Assembly: GCA_013416795.1 (NCBI GenBank)
Contig: RQSC01000150.1
Coordinates: forward strand, 1 to 55,775
Origin: Prasinococcaceae sp. CCMP 1430
Lineage: Eukaryota; Plantae; Prasinodermophyta
Direction: 5' to 3'
DNA length: 55,775 nt
Below, one piece after another: positions 40,721 to 52,432 of this stretch; the stretch's first letter is position 1; every line of letters begins with the position of its first letter. The notes beneath the pieces are model-generated. The model was not told the origin of the DNA. It was given only the letters and a program-made list of their open reading frames with translations, and did no database searches. The translations under genes and the position numbers were made by a program.

Positions 40721-42973
40721 ATGGTGCTCACCCAGCTCGTCGACACGCACGATGAGCCGGTGAACTACTTCCTCTCGTCCAACTGGACGGGCAAGTCGGG
40801 CGCCACGGAGGCGGCCGCCGGCGACCGTGCCGGCACCAGTGGAACGGCCGCTGAGTCCGGGCGGGGCAGGCGAAGGGCCGGTGCGGTCGACCCGTCGCAG
40901 CCAACCGTCTTTGCAGGGAAGCCGTCCACCACGTACCTCTGCCCGGTGTGCCACGACGTGATGGAGCTGCCCACGGTCTGCGAGGACGGCGTGACGTACT
41001 GTCGCGCCTGCGTGCCGCTTGGCGCCGCCGGCGGCGGCAAGAGCGCCGACCTGGCGCTCGACGAGTCGCTGCTCAACATGACACGCCAGCTGCCTATCGT
41101 GTGTCGCAACGCGCTCACCCGCAGGCGCCGCGGCGATGGCGACAGCGGCAACGCCACGTGGGTGTACGACTACGCGGGCTGCCAAAAGACGCTCACCATC
41201 GCGGGCCGCGCCGCCCATGAGGCCGAGTGCAGCTTCGCGCTCGAGCAGTGCAACCTGCCCTTCGCCGACTCGCCCATGGACAACTGCCCGCTCGTGCTTC
41301 GCAGGGTGACGCTCGAGCAGCACAGGAAGGTGTGCCCGCATCGGCTTGTCGAGTGCCAGCACAAAGGCTGCGGCCGGCGAGTGCAGGCGCGCAAGCTCGC
41401 CGACCACGAGAACGTGTGCTGGCACAAGCCCATGACCTGTCCCAACCCGCCGTGCCTTTGGCGCGGCACGCGGCGCGAGCTCAGCTCGCACCTGGACGTC
41501 TGCCCCGAGGCCGAGGTGGTCTGCGGCATGGAGGACACGGAAAACCCCACGCAGAGCTGCAAGCACACGTGCCGCCGGCGCATGCTCGATTTTCACCGCC
41601 CGCAGTGCGAGCTGCGACACGTCCCGTGCTCCTTCTGCCAGACGCCCGTGTCGTACGCGCACCTCCAGGAGCACGAGGAGGCGTGCGAGTACCGCAAGGT
41701 GCTGTGTGGCCAGTGCGGGCAGATGGTGCCAGTGCAGCGCTACGGCGAGCACGTGCGCTTCTTCTGCGCAGCGGGCAGGCGGACGTGCGAGTTCAAGGAC
41801 TACGGCTGCTCGGAGAGGTGCGCTCCCGGCGAGCTCGCGTCACACATGATCGAGAATGCGCACGCGCACCTGCGGCTGGTCATGCTGCAGCTCGAGCGCG
41901 TCAAGGGGGACACGGACTCGTGGAGCGCGGAGGTGGCAGACGTGCGCGCCGCGGTGGTCGCGTCCGTGCAGCGCTCCGCGGAAGAGCTCGACGGGGTGCG
42001 CGAGGCGGTGGCGCAGATGCGCGAGGAGGGAGAGCGAGAGACGGTTGACCTGCGCACGCGCGTGGACGCGCTTCAGAGGCTCTACGATGACATGGCGGCC
42101 ACCGTGCGGCGTCGACTCGCCGAGGTCGATGAGGAGGTCACACAGCGCGCGCACCTCATCGTCAATGAGAACCGCTTGCTTCGCGAGGCGCTCGCGAAGT
42201 GCCTCACGCGCGAGGAGCTGCAAGCCGCGCTGCGCGACGTGGAGAGTGGCCGCGCGCTCGCCGCCGAGGAGGTCGCCGAGGTGCGCCGCAACGTGGAACG
42301 GCACAGCCTGCAGTGGGAGGCCGACGCCGCCAAGCTCACCGAGCTCGCCACCGATTCGGCCGCACAGAGCCGCGCTGAGGCCGAGGCCCTGCGCGAGCAG
42401 TGCGTGGACTTCGCCGTGGGTAACAAGGAGAAGTGGGGGCACCTGTGGGCGACCGTGCGCGAGGTGGGGCGCGCGTTCGCGACGGAGGCGACGGCGACGC
42501 ACGCGCGTGGCGCGGCTCTCGAGGAGCGCGTGTCTGCGCTCAACGAGAACCACAACCCTCACCTGGTGCGGTCGCAGGTGGAGCTCGCGGCGATGGGCGG
42601 CGAGCACACGTTCTCGCGCAAGCCGGGTGCCGCGCGGGGCGACGCGGCGGACTCGGCCAGGGGGCGCGGCGGCGCAGACAGGTGCGACTTCCTTCGCGCG
42701 CTCGCGCGCCCGCGCGCGCGAGCGCGAGCCCCCACGCGCCCGCGCGAGGGACTGAGCGCCTGCACGCAGGAAGGTGCGCAGCTGACGAGAGCACCGCAGC
42801 GCCCAGCGAGCGGAGACCAACGCCATGGCGGCCTTGACCGGCAGCCATCGCAGTCGGGCGCCGGCCGCCGCGCCGAGGGCGGGCGCTGGCGGCGTCTTGA
42901 GGAGCAAGCGCTCGCACGGCCAGCCGTCGGCGGCGGGGCCCAGACGCGCGTGGGCGTGACGTCGCGCGCGTGA
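40721..42973 (+). CDS. RING/U-box-like + multiple TRAF-type zinc fingers + coiled coil (probable E3 ligase); 3' end may be spliced
   Basis: YLCPVCHDVMELPTVCEDGVTYCRAC; repeated HxxxCxxxxxxCxxxxC units (HRKVCPHRLVECQHKGC, HLDVCPEAEVVC, HEEACEYRKVLCGQC); long heptad-rich tail. Confidence 0.8.
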   Translation: MVLTQLVDTHDEPVNYFLSSNWTGKSGATEAAAGDRAGTSGTAAESGRGRRRAGAVDPSQPTVFAGKPSTTYLCPVCHDVMELPTVCEDGVTYCRACVPLGAAGGGKSADLALDESLLNMTRQLPIVCRNALTRRRRGDGDSGNATWVYDYAGCQKTLTIAGRAAHEAECSFALEQCNLPFADSPMDNCPLVLRRVTLEQHRKVCPHRLVECQHKGCGRRVQARKLADHENVCWHKPMTCPNPPCLWRGTRRELSSHLDVCPEAEVVCGMEDTENPTQSCKHTCRRRMLDFHRPQCELRHVPCSFCQTPVSYAHLQEHEEACEYRKVLCGQCGQMVPVQRYGEHVRFFCAAGRRTCEFKDYGCSERCAPGELASHMIENAHAHLRLVMLQLERVKGDTDSWSAEVADVRAAVVASVQRSAEELDGVREAVAQMREEGERETVDLRTRVDALQRLYDDMAATVRRRLAEVDEEVTQRAHLIVNENRLLREALAKCLTREELQAALRDVESGRALAAEEVAEVRRNVERHSLQWEADAAKLTELATDSAAQSRAEAEALREQCVDFAVGNKEKWGHLWATVREVGRAFATEATATHARGAALEERVSALNENHNPHLVRSQVELAAMGGEHTFSRKPGAARGDAADSARGRGGADRCDFLRALARPRARARAPTRPREGLSACTQEGAQLTRAPQRPASGDQRHGGLDRQPSQSGAGRRAEGGRWRRLEEQALARPAVGGGAQTRVGVTSRA

Positions 42974-43189
42974 CGTCGCGGGCGTGCACTCGCGCACGAG
43001 CTCGCGTGCCCCGAGGGGCCCGGCGACGGCCGCGCGCGCTCTCTGCGAGGCGTGGCGCGGCGCGGTGAGCCACCATGTATCCATATGTATGTTACGCCGC
43101 TCGTACACGCGCGCTACTGGTACAGAATTACTGAGACAAGGGTCGCGGGCCCGGGTGCATCCTTGCTCCTCGGCCCCGGCGCCCGTCTC

Positions 43190-45271
43190 TCATGGCGGAG
43201 GTATCTTGTCACACGGCACCATGCCGCACTCGCCCGGGCACTCTTTGCCGCAGTCTTGCAGCTGCGGCAGCCCTTCGATCACCGCGTTCATGGTGGAGAG
43301 CAGCAGCGTGAGCGCGTCGTGCAGATCCTGCGTCACGGGCGTGAAGCTGGGGAACTGGCGATTGAGTCCCGTGAAGTTCGCGGGCGGCAGCTTGAAGGTA
43401 GCCGGCTTGAGCGCGAAGGGCATGCCGCCGTATTGTCGCTTGTCCCATTCCCACACCACCTTCTTGTCTGGCACGGTCAGGTACTGCGTGGACCACGTGT
43501 AGTGGAACATAGACGCCTCGCCCACCCGGTCATCGGCGGGCAGTTGCGAGATGAGGCGCGTCTGGTAGCGCTCGTGGTCTTCGAGGTCGGTGGGCACGCG
43601 CGCGTCGGCCACGGCCATGGACCATGCGTACATCTCACGCACCCACCCCAGCTCTTTCTTGGCCTGGAGGGCAAGGCGCGGCCGCGCGAGGAGATCCGCG
43701 TGAAAGGGTCAGCCGCACGCACGCGCGCGCGCGCGCGCGCGCGGGCGCGTGGGCGCGCTGGGGGGAGGGGGGGGGGGGTGCGGAGGGTGCTACTGACGTC
43801 CTTGACAGTGCCGCACCTTCTCCGAGTCTTCGATTGCATGAGTGTACACCTGCCACCCGTCGGCGACTCGCCCGAAATCCTCGAAGCGCATGAGCACCGG
43901 CGCTGGCCCAGAGCACGGAATGTCGTCGATGTTGCCCTCGTATCCCAGCTCGCGCCACAAGGGCGGCAGCCGGGGGTAGCGCGTGTTGATGTACTCGAAG
44001 TGGAAGGCGTAGCTGGTGCGGGAGTCCCGAGGCGGCATGGGTATGGGTTTGACGAACACATAGTCCGTCTCAACCAGCAGGATCCACTCGCCGCGCCGCG
44101 CGTCGTCGGTCTCGAGCCAGCGCTTGATGGCGTTTGGACGGTCCTTGACGGGGAAGTCACACCACTCGTCGCACTCCCCGTCGGACCGCGGGTGCACGCG
44201 CACGGTGGGTACCTCGTCCATGAGGATGTCGGCGCGCGAGCGATGGAGCACGCGGGTGAAGTGGCGCATGGCCTCTCCACCCGGCATGGCGCGCGCGCGC
44301 AGGTACGTGCCGTACATGATGCGAGTCTGGTAGTTGCTGTAGGGGTTGCCGTTGGACGTGCAGACGGTGTGGATGCCACCGCCCTTGCGAAATGAGTCCA
44401 GCGTGGGGGGGTCGTACGGCTGCGCGCCGCGGGAAAAGGGGGAGGCGGTCGGAGCGCGCGCGCAAGTCAGCGATCGCCCGCGCCGGGCCCTCTTCCTCGC
44501 GCTCGCGCGAGACGCTCGCGCTCGCGCGAGACGCGTGCGCCGCACCTTTGCCCCGTTGTCGTCGGGCGCCTGCTTGGTGCCCGGCCTGGGGTTGAAGCCG
44601 CTGGTCCACGGCACGCTGGGGCCGTACGCCTGCGTCTCGTACGTGTCGATGTCATGCCCGGCCTGCTCCTTGAGCCAGCACTCGTGGTAGTGCTCGCCGC
44701 ACTCCTTCTTGGAGCGGCCGCAAAATACCCACGCGTCGCATCGCCCTGCCTTGCCCTGCGTCTTCTCATTATGTGCCGCGCACGACGCGCAGCAGGCCGC
44801 GGCGCTGTCCTTCTTGTTGTGCGGCCCCCAGCCGACGACCGCGCCGGTCATCTCGGTGTTCTCGCGGCTGTGGCACGAATCGGTGGACAATCGTCCGAAG
44901 GGGTGGTACAGCAGCGCGCCGTCGGTCGCGGCAGCGGGCCCTGCGCCCGCGTCGCCCGCTCGCAGCAGCTGCACATCGTGCGCATCGGCGGTCGCGCCCG
45001 CGCTCGCGGTGCTGCCGGCGTCACCGGTGACGCCGTAGTGCTTTGCGACGAGCAGGTCGCCGACGGCCTCGACCTTGCTGCGCCCCGAAGCGGCGGCGGC
45101 GAGCGCGTTGCGGTGCACGTCCCGCGGAGGCGCGAGCATCGCGGTCACAAGCGCGTACGACACCATGAATGACCCGCAAGCAAGCGCGGCCATCGGCGCG
45201 TACCGCACGGCCGCGCCGCCCAGCCCTTCCGACGAGCGCTCGCCATCGGGGGCGCGCCGCCACCGCGCCAT
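43190..45271 (-). CDS. HPAT: Hydroxyproline O-arabinosyltransferase-like glycosyltransferase with PAN/Apple-like domain, introns 44420-44545 and 43664-43816
   Basis: Type II TM; CHSRENTEMTGAVVGWG..CCASC..CDAWVFC..CWLK (PAN-like); HTVCTSNGNPYSNYQTRIMY, FTRVLH, DFPVKDRPNA, ETDYVFVKP, LGWVREMYAW, FHYTW. Confidence 0.85.
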
Positions 45272-45417
45272 CGCGTGCCGCCGTTGGCCGGCCGATCGCG
45301 AGCCGGGCGGGTGGGGCGTCGCGCGGGAGGTCGGGTGGGCGCGCAGCGCTACGGGATGGGTGGATGGTGTGGTGTGGGGCGGGGTGGGTGGGGGTGGGGG
45401 GGGGTATTCGGGGGCTA

Positions 45418-45717
45418 GCGCTGCCCCGCGCGCGATGTGGCGCCCCCCGCTTGGGCGCTGTGATCGTCCCGAGCCCCCCTCCCCTTCCCATGCACGCGTC
45501 CGTACCCCGCGCGCTCGCGCGCTCGGCGCGGCTCCGCGCGCTCGCGCGATCGGCGCGGCTCCGCGCTCCCCCCGCGGCGGCGCCACGGCCGCCCGGGGAA
45601 CGGCCCCGACCGACCGAGGAGCGAGCCGAGTCCCGGCCGACGGGGAACCGACGGATCGAGTGGGCGACCGAAGTGCAAAAGATGTGATCTGGCCTTCCTC
45701 CCTTTCGCTTTGAGTTT
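45418..45717 (-). repeat. Copy 1 of a shared upstream element (5' of HPAT)
   Basis: Colinear with 48523-48719, e.g. GCGCTGCCCCGCGCGCGATGTGGCGC and TGGGCGACCGAAGTGCAAAAGATGTG..TCCTCCCTTTCGCTTTGA. This copy has an extra ~90 nt at ~45480-45570. Confidence 0.88.
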
Positions 45718-45824
45718 GCCGTGACGAAACAACCGACATCTTACTGTACATGCGTCTCTCAAGTGTCGCCTAGCTCGACGACCACAACAGAGGGCGGCCC
45801 TCTGAGCACAACACTCGTGGTGCG

Positions 45825-48363
45825 TCAGCTGGCGCCGCCGCGCACCTGTTGCACCGCTGGCACACGCAGCGATTCCAGGCGCTGCTGCTGCGGCTGCTCG
45901 TGCGCCCCCTCAGCGCCACCCTGGCGTGGGCCGCCCGGGCGCATGGCATCGTTCCTGCGACGGCGGGCGTAGAAGCGCGCAGCTGTGCTCGGGTCCGGAC
46001 CATCGTAGCCCGATGTCCGCCGCGAGGTCGCCATTCCGTCGAGGCACGGGTCAGCACGACGCGCGTGATCTGCTGCTGTGGGCGACTGAACGCGCACCCG
46101 ATGGTCGTGGCATGGCACGTAGTCTGCGATCGCACGTACCTTGCGCTGCGCCGCCTCTGTTCGTCTCTATGAGAGCGCTCGCCCACATGTCCACCCAGAA
46201 CTCCGGCAAGCCCTCCTCGCAGTAGTGGGAGCAGTCACCCAGGCCGGCGATCACGCCCGCGCCGTGCGGCATCACAGGGCGTGCGCCGGCGCTAGCCAGC
46301 GCAGTGGGCTCCCACACGCGCAGGACCTGCCCGCGAGCACGTGCGCGGGCGACCCCGGCCGTGTGAGCACGCGCGCGGGACGCACACTCGCAATGCGTCT
46401 GCGCAGCACGCGGGGCGCGCGCGCCGCGCACGCACCTCGATGCCAGCGGCCTCCATGACGTCGTTGGCGATGTCGTTCCTAAAGTTCCCAGTGCCGCGCG
46501 CAGCTTCCATGTCGAGCGGTCGGCAGCTCTTCATGTGCACCTTCTCTTCCGGGGGCATCTCGTCCTTGATGTAGACGCCGTCGCTCGTGTTGAAAAATTG
46601 GGGCGAGGCCTCGCGCCACCATACGCGCCCGCGTCGTGGCAGTGTGTCTGCGAGGTAGCGTCCAGCGCAGTGTCAGACGAAAAGGTTCGCACGCGCGCTT
46701 GCGCACGCGGGCACTCAAAGCATGGCAAGCAGGCGCCCTCACGCGCAAACCCTTCCATCGGCGCCTCGACGTGTGTCGCCACTCGCGAGAGCTTGGGGGC
46801 TCAAAAGCGGGGCGCCGCACCTTGCATGGGCCCATCGCTGCGCTCCCCGGAGGCGAGGCGACGACGCCTCGCCTCCGCCCACATAGACTGCACCTCGTCC
46901 GCGAACGCACGCACGTCTTGCTGCAGGAGGGCCCGGTCGTCCGCGTTGTCTTGGTACCACAGTCCCACATTGGCGATGAGCACGTCCGATTCGGTGACCG
47001 GTGGGTCGGAGCCGCGGCGCTCTGGCGAGAGCATTTCGCTGAGATAACCAGGGTACATTTTAGGCACGAAGGCGCAGCGCACCAGGACCTGCAGTGCAGC
47101 GCGCGCGCGAGGGTGCGCGTGCCGAGAACGTCGGCACGCAGGCGGGCGAAAAGTGATAGGGCGGTCGGGCGAGGCGCCGCACGGGCGGTCAGCTGTCAGC
47201 GCGACAGTGCGTGCGGTGCTGGCCGGGCGTGTCGCGTTTGGTTGCCTATGAAAAGCCGCGCACCTCATCTTGTGCCTCCGCCGGTCCACCTGGCCGGGGC
47301 ACGAAGAACTTCACAGCCAGGCGAAATGGGTTGGCGTACACCGAGTGCGGCCCCTTACTAAGCGAGCACTTGCCGCCCCTCTCGCGGCCGTGGAGTCCTT
47401 GGGCGACGGAGCGTGCGCGCCGGCCGCACCACGCGCACGAGAGGGCGCGCGCGACGGTGCGTCGAACACGTAAGCACGGCGTGTCAGCGACGATTGCTCC
47501 CGAAGAATTCCCGTGTCCGCTGGCCCCGCCACCCAGGGCCCACGCGCGCCCTCTGGCATGCCACGCGCGCGCTCACCGTCGGTGCAGACCGGATAATAGT
47601 TAGTTGGCAAGTCGTCACGCCGTGATTGCTCCTCGAGCAGCCAGTCGACCGCCACAGCCTCCCACTCGTGCGACTCGAGCTGCGATGCGAGCATGCACAC
47701 CAGCACGGCCCAGAATTGCATGGACACGCTGTCGCCGAAGATGAGCACCTGCCTCGCGCCCGATTCCGCCAGCGCTCGGAGGAGCGCGCGCGCGTCGAGC
47801 GCGGGCAGGGTGCAGCCGTCAGCGGGCTCGAAGCGCAGGCCGCGCACGGCGACGGGGTCAACCTGCGAGGGCGAGCGCGACCACAAGCCCGGACGCCCGC
47901 GGGGGTGTGGCAGAGAGTGGCGGGGAGCGTGCGTGGGTTTGTGGACGGGTGCGCGGAGTGGGTGGGCGAGGGAGGGGGGGAGGGGGGGGGGGGGGGGGGG
48001 GGGTGAGGCGAGCCGCCTACAAGTTGGCGAGCTCAGCAAGGCTGTGCTCGCGCAGGGCGCGGACGTTCCTTGAGGCGGCAGGCGACGCACCTTGGTCAGC
48101 CCCATCCATTCGCACGACATCCTGGAGCGCGTGAAGGGGCAGCTCATGTTGCGGTAGCCGCGCACCCTTGCCATGTCGGCCGCGCTGCCGCGCACCCAGC
48201 GTCCGCGGAGCGGCGCGGAGCGGCGTTTGGCTGTGGCCATGCAGCCCTCGGCCTGGCGCGCCTCCGCGCTGCCCCGGCTGCGCGCGACCTCAGCGGCAGC
48301 AAGCGTCGCCGCGAGCGCCAGCAGCGCCGGCCGCCAGCGCCGCGCACCCCGGCGCCGCGCCAT
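45825..48363 (-). CDS. TBL/PC-esterase-family O-acetyltransferase-like protein, multi-exon
   Basis: Signal/TM, LRGRWV..CPF..SC (PMR5N-like), LIFGDS, VLIANVGLWY, and GDCSHYCEEGLPEFW (DxxH). Introns include 47863-48090; the remaining boundaries are approximate. Confidence 0.75.
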
Positions 48364-48522
48364 TCCCAGAGCGTGAGAGCACGCAGCTCTTCGCGCCTAT
48401 TCCGGCTTGCGGAGGCAGGCGCCGGCGCGCGGGCGACGCCTCTCACGTGTGCGTGCGTGCGTGCGTGCTTCGCCAAAGGCCTGGTGCTCTCCAAGGGCCC
48501 TCGGCGCATTGCAGACCCCGCT

Positions 48523-48719
48523 GCGCTGCCCCGCGCGCGATGTGGCGCGCCCTGCTTGGGCGCGATGGCCGTCTCGAGCGCTTCCCCCGCGGCGGCGCCG
48601 CGGCCGCCCGGGGAACGGGAACGACCGAGCGGCCGAGCCCCGGCCGACGGGGCACCGACGGACCGACTGGGCGACCGAAGTGCAAAAGATGTGGCCATCC
48701 TCCCTTTCGCTTTGAATTT
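48523..48719 (-). repeat. Copy 2 of the shared upstream element (5' of TBL)
   Basis: Same blocks and orientation as 45418-45717, at a similar distance (~150-160 nt) from the downstream ATG. Confidence 0.88.
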
Positions 48720-49119
48720 CAAAACGGACTCGATCGCGCGCTCGCGCGGTGTCGCAAAGTCGCCCGTGGGGCGCGGCGCAGGCGACGGGTGGTACACGCG
48801 TGGCGCGCGCGCCCGCGCCGGAACCGCCGAACCGCTCTGGCGGACCGCGGCCGAGCGCCACAGTGCGAGAGTGGCTAAATTCGAGTGCCTTCAAAAAAGA
48901 GCGAGCCTACTGCTCGCGGAGGGGTGGCCGTGGCAGTCGCGCGCGCGCCTCCTGCGTCAACTGGCACCGCCCGCCCCGCCGCCCTACTCTGGGAGGAATC
49001 TATATACTGTACCAGGCACCGTCACCGCGCGATCGCGCGAACGCGCGAACGCTCTCACGGACCCATCACTCAACGGGCGTGCACGCTCTCGCGCCCCCGT
49101 CGGCCCGAGGTGGAGGCGG

Positions 49120-51888
49120 CTACTCTGGAGCTGCAATCTCCTCAATTGCGCACGGGGTGATCTCTTCAGCGGCCGCCCCCTCGATACTTGTATCGCATTC
49201 GGCGGCAGCGGCGCCCGCGTCGACGGCCGTGGCATCGCCCGCGCCGTTGAGGCCGACCGTGAGGGTGCCCCCTTTTGTGTCTGGGACAGGCTTGCCGCCG
49301 CCCTCGGGGTGCCGGGTCGAAGTGCTCGAGCGCAGCCGTCGCAAGGGGCGCTCGTGCTTTTCGCTCGTCTGGGCGAGCGCAGGGTCCATCGTCCCCGTCG
49401 TCGCCGCCGCCGCAGCTGCGGCGGCGGCTGCCCTCGAGCGCGTGGTGCGCACTGCGCCGCCGTCCTGGAGCGCGTCCTTAGATTCGGGCACACCCTCGGC
49501 TGGCGCTCCGGCCCTCGCAGCGGCTGCGGCATCGCCGCTCGGCTCGGCCGCTGGAACAGCGACGGCGCATGCACCGTCGTTGTCATCTCCCGCGGGATCT
49601 TGCGTTGCAATCGGCGAGGCGTCGACGTCCGCGTCCTTCGCATGGACCCCTGCGTCCTCTTGTGCAAGTGTGGCGCCTCCCTCCTCGTCGCCCACCGTCG
49701 CGGCAGCAGTCGCGGCCGCGGCGGCGCCTTCCTCCTCGTCGTCCACCGTCGCTGCAGCAGTCGCGGCCGCAGCGGCGCCTTCCTCCTCGTCCACCGTCGC
49801 GGCAGCAGTCGCGGCAGGGGTGCCTTCGCCGCCCTCGGCGGCGTCCGCAGGCGCATCACCATCGCCGCGCGTTCCCGCGCAGGGGAGTGCGTCACGTTGG
49901 GGATCGACGCCTTCCTGGCGGGGGTGGTCTCCAGATGTCGCCGGCGCGGTCGGAGGAGCTGTCAGGACGACCTCCTCACCGCCACCTTGCCCCTGGCCGG
50001 CGTCGCCTTTCGCCGCTGGATCGCCATCGAGGGGCGCATCGCCGCCTCCTTTGTCGTCGCACACCTGTTGCGCGTCGCCCCCCTGAGCCCCGCCCCTCGC
50101 CCCGAGGCTGACCACGCTCGCAGAGAGGGCTTTCGGTGGCAAATCCTCGTCGGCGCGCTGGTGTTGATCGCCATCGGAGGGCGCACCCGCCGTCGCCTCC
50201 TCGCCGGCGGCAGGCTGCGCCGGCGCCGCCCCCTCCTCCGCTCCCTCCTCCTCCGCGGCGACACCGGGGGCATCCGCGTCGGGCAACGGGGCTCCTTCGG
50301 GCGGGGCTTCGGGCGGAGCCTCGGGCGGAGCTTCGGGCGACGATGGCGCCAGATTCGAGCCCTTCGGTGGCTGCGGCGCGGGGGGCGGTTCGCGCGGCGA
50401 CCCCTCGTCTTGCGGCGGCAGGGGAACGCGGAAGTCGTCGCCGCCCTCCGCGCCGCCGCCCTCGGTTGCATTCGTCGACTTCTTGGCCTTCCGCGCGCTC
50501 ATCTTGTCGTCCAGGTCGGCCAGCTTCTGGCTCATCTCCCTTGCCGCCAGTTGCATCTTCTCGCGGACCGTGGCGGGTTCGGCCTCGGCAGCCGCTCCCG
50601 TCTTGGCGGCATCAGGCTCTTGAGGAGCGCCCGCAGCTTGCGCAGCGGTAGCGTCTCCCGAAGGGGCGTTGGTGCCAGGCTCCTCCCCCGCAGCGCCGCC
50701 GCCCGGCGGGTCTGCTGCGGCGGCGCTCGCGACCTTCGGGTTGCTCGGGCTCGTCCTCCACGCGAGTGCCGCGATCTTGAAGGCCTCCTTGTGCTCGATG
50801 TTGGGGCGGCGCTGCTTGATGCGCACGATTTCGTCGCGCATGAAGAGGTTGTACTGGGAGGCTTGGCGGGGGCGCTTGGGGGTGCTCGCCTGCTCGCCGG
50901 CGCGACTCGGATGGCGTCAGCTCCCGACCCGTCGTAGCAGGCCAGCGGGGCGCGTCGCAGACAGGCATCGGGCGGGCGGTGGCCCAGGGCGGGCCCGCGA
51001 CGCGGCGCGACGAGCGAGCGGCGGCGGCGCGACGACCGAGCGGCGGCGGCGCGACGACCGAGCGGCGGCGCCCCTGGCAATCGAGCAGGCGACGCGCGCA
51101 CGCACCTTGTCCTTGTCCCTGCCCTTGCCGTCGGCAGCCCGCTTGCGCTTGTTCGAGTCGTCGGTCGCTCCCTCCTGCGGGCGTTGCGCCGCCGCGGCAG
51201 ACGCGCCCGCCGCGAGCCCCAGCGCGACGCGCCCGCCCAGCATTTCTTCGAGCGTGGCTCGCATGGCTTGCGTCGCCCTCTCGATGGTCGTCCTCTGCAC
51301 GTTGCCCTGCTCGGCGATGGCCTTTGTGAGCAGGTCGAGCTGCTTCTGCTGCTCGAGGAGCTGCGCCTGCTGCGCGGCGAGGAGCTCGGCGTGCTGCTGC
51401 GCTTGGTGTTGGTGATGATTCTGCTGCTGGGCCAGCTGCGCTGCAAAGTGCTGGGTCTGTTGGGCCATCTGCTGCTGGGCCTGCTGCTCCTGCTGCTGCT
51501 GCTGGTGCAGCTGGTGCTCCGCGGTCGCGGAGGCCGGCGAGGGCTGGTACTGCAGCGTCGGCAGCTGGGACATGGGAGGCGACGGGCCCAGCTGCATCTG
51601 GGGCTGCTGTTGGTGCTGCTGCTGCGGCGGCGGCTGTTGCTGCGCGCCGTCCTCGTGCACTGTGACGAGCAGCAGGCTGTTGCACGACCCGCAGCGCACC
51701 GTGACCGGCTTGGAGCGCTGCGGCGGCGGGATGTTCACCTCGAGCAGGGTGTTGCAGTAGCGGCAGTTGATGTGAAACGTCGACTGCTGCTGCGCGGCCC
51801 CCAGCCCCGCCCCGCCCTCCGGGGGCGCGTGCTCGGCCGGGTGCTGCTGGCCGGGAATGCCCTGCTGGTCGCCGGCGGGCATGGCCAT
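49120..51888 (-). CDS. YABBY transcription factor with poly-Q linker and long acidic tail, intron 50890-51105
   Basis: C2C2 finger HINCRYCNTLLEVNIP..VTVRCGSCNSLL. After splicing, YABBY/HMG-like domain KRPRQASQYNLFMRDEIVRIKQRRPNIEHKEAFKIAALAW. Confidence 0.88.
49678..49816 (-). repeat. ~48-51-bp coding tandem repeat (ATAAATVD[D]EEEGAAA) in the YABBY tail
   Basis: About 2.5 units visible in both DNA and protein. Confidence 0.85.
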
Positions 51889-52432
51889 GGCATTCGAGGG
51901 TGTGGTGGTGGTGTGAGGGGGTGTGGGAGGGGGGGTTGGCAGTAGCGACGGGGCTGCGGCGGTCCACGGGCGGAGCTGCGGCGGTCCAGGGACTCCGTCC
52001 AGGTCACGGGGAAATGTGGGGGAAGGTGTGTCGCTGCGGCGTCGGCACGGGCGAGCCCGGCGAGGCACTCCCCCCGACCCCACCCACCCAACCCGCCCCC
52101 CGTGCGCGCCTGGCCTGGGGCGCGCTCAGTGGCGCGCCCCTTTTTTCGCGCGCTCACTGCGGCGGTGCGGCCGCCCCCTGAACAGCCAAAAATGGCGGGG
52201 CGCGGGACGGAAAACCTCAACAGCTGTCTGTGGGGCCCAGCCGACTTGGGCGGCTGTGTCGGAGTGGCGCGGCGTGCGCGGTGCGGCGCGGGCGAGTCGA
52301 ATTTCCTGATCGTCTGCGGGGTCCGGTCCGTTCGACCCGCGCGCGAGCGAGGCGCGCGGGGCGGGCAGGGGCGGACGCGAGAGGTGAAAGGCTGGCTGGT
52401 GGGGGTCGGGCCGCCCCGCCCGGCGCGGTCGG

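Noticed and set aside
4002-44545. Several stop-free introns with length divisible by 3 (162, 144, 165, 240, 126 nt) as a programmed retention system
   Set aside because: About 8 of 18 counted introns are 3n versus ~6 expected, and stops are rare at this GC; not significant.
45660-45700. ATCTTTTGCACTTCGG (minus strand) resembling the 5' end of U4 snRNA
   Set aside because: Similarity is limited to a few bases; no Sm site or remaining U4 structure was recognised.
47970-48003. Long poly-G tract in a TBL intron (also ~18323-18340)
   Set aside because: Homopolymer length is unreliable and no function is supportable from the sequence alone.
7600-51888. MSI4, DA1, AP2/ERF, HPAT, TBL and YABBY as a plant developmental gene cluster
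   Set aside because: They are interspersed with unrelated housekeeping genes; co-location in a compact genome is expected by chance.
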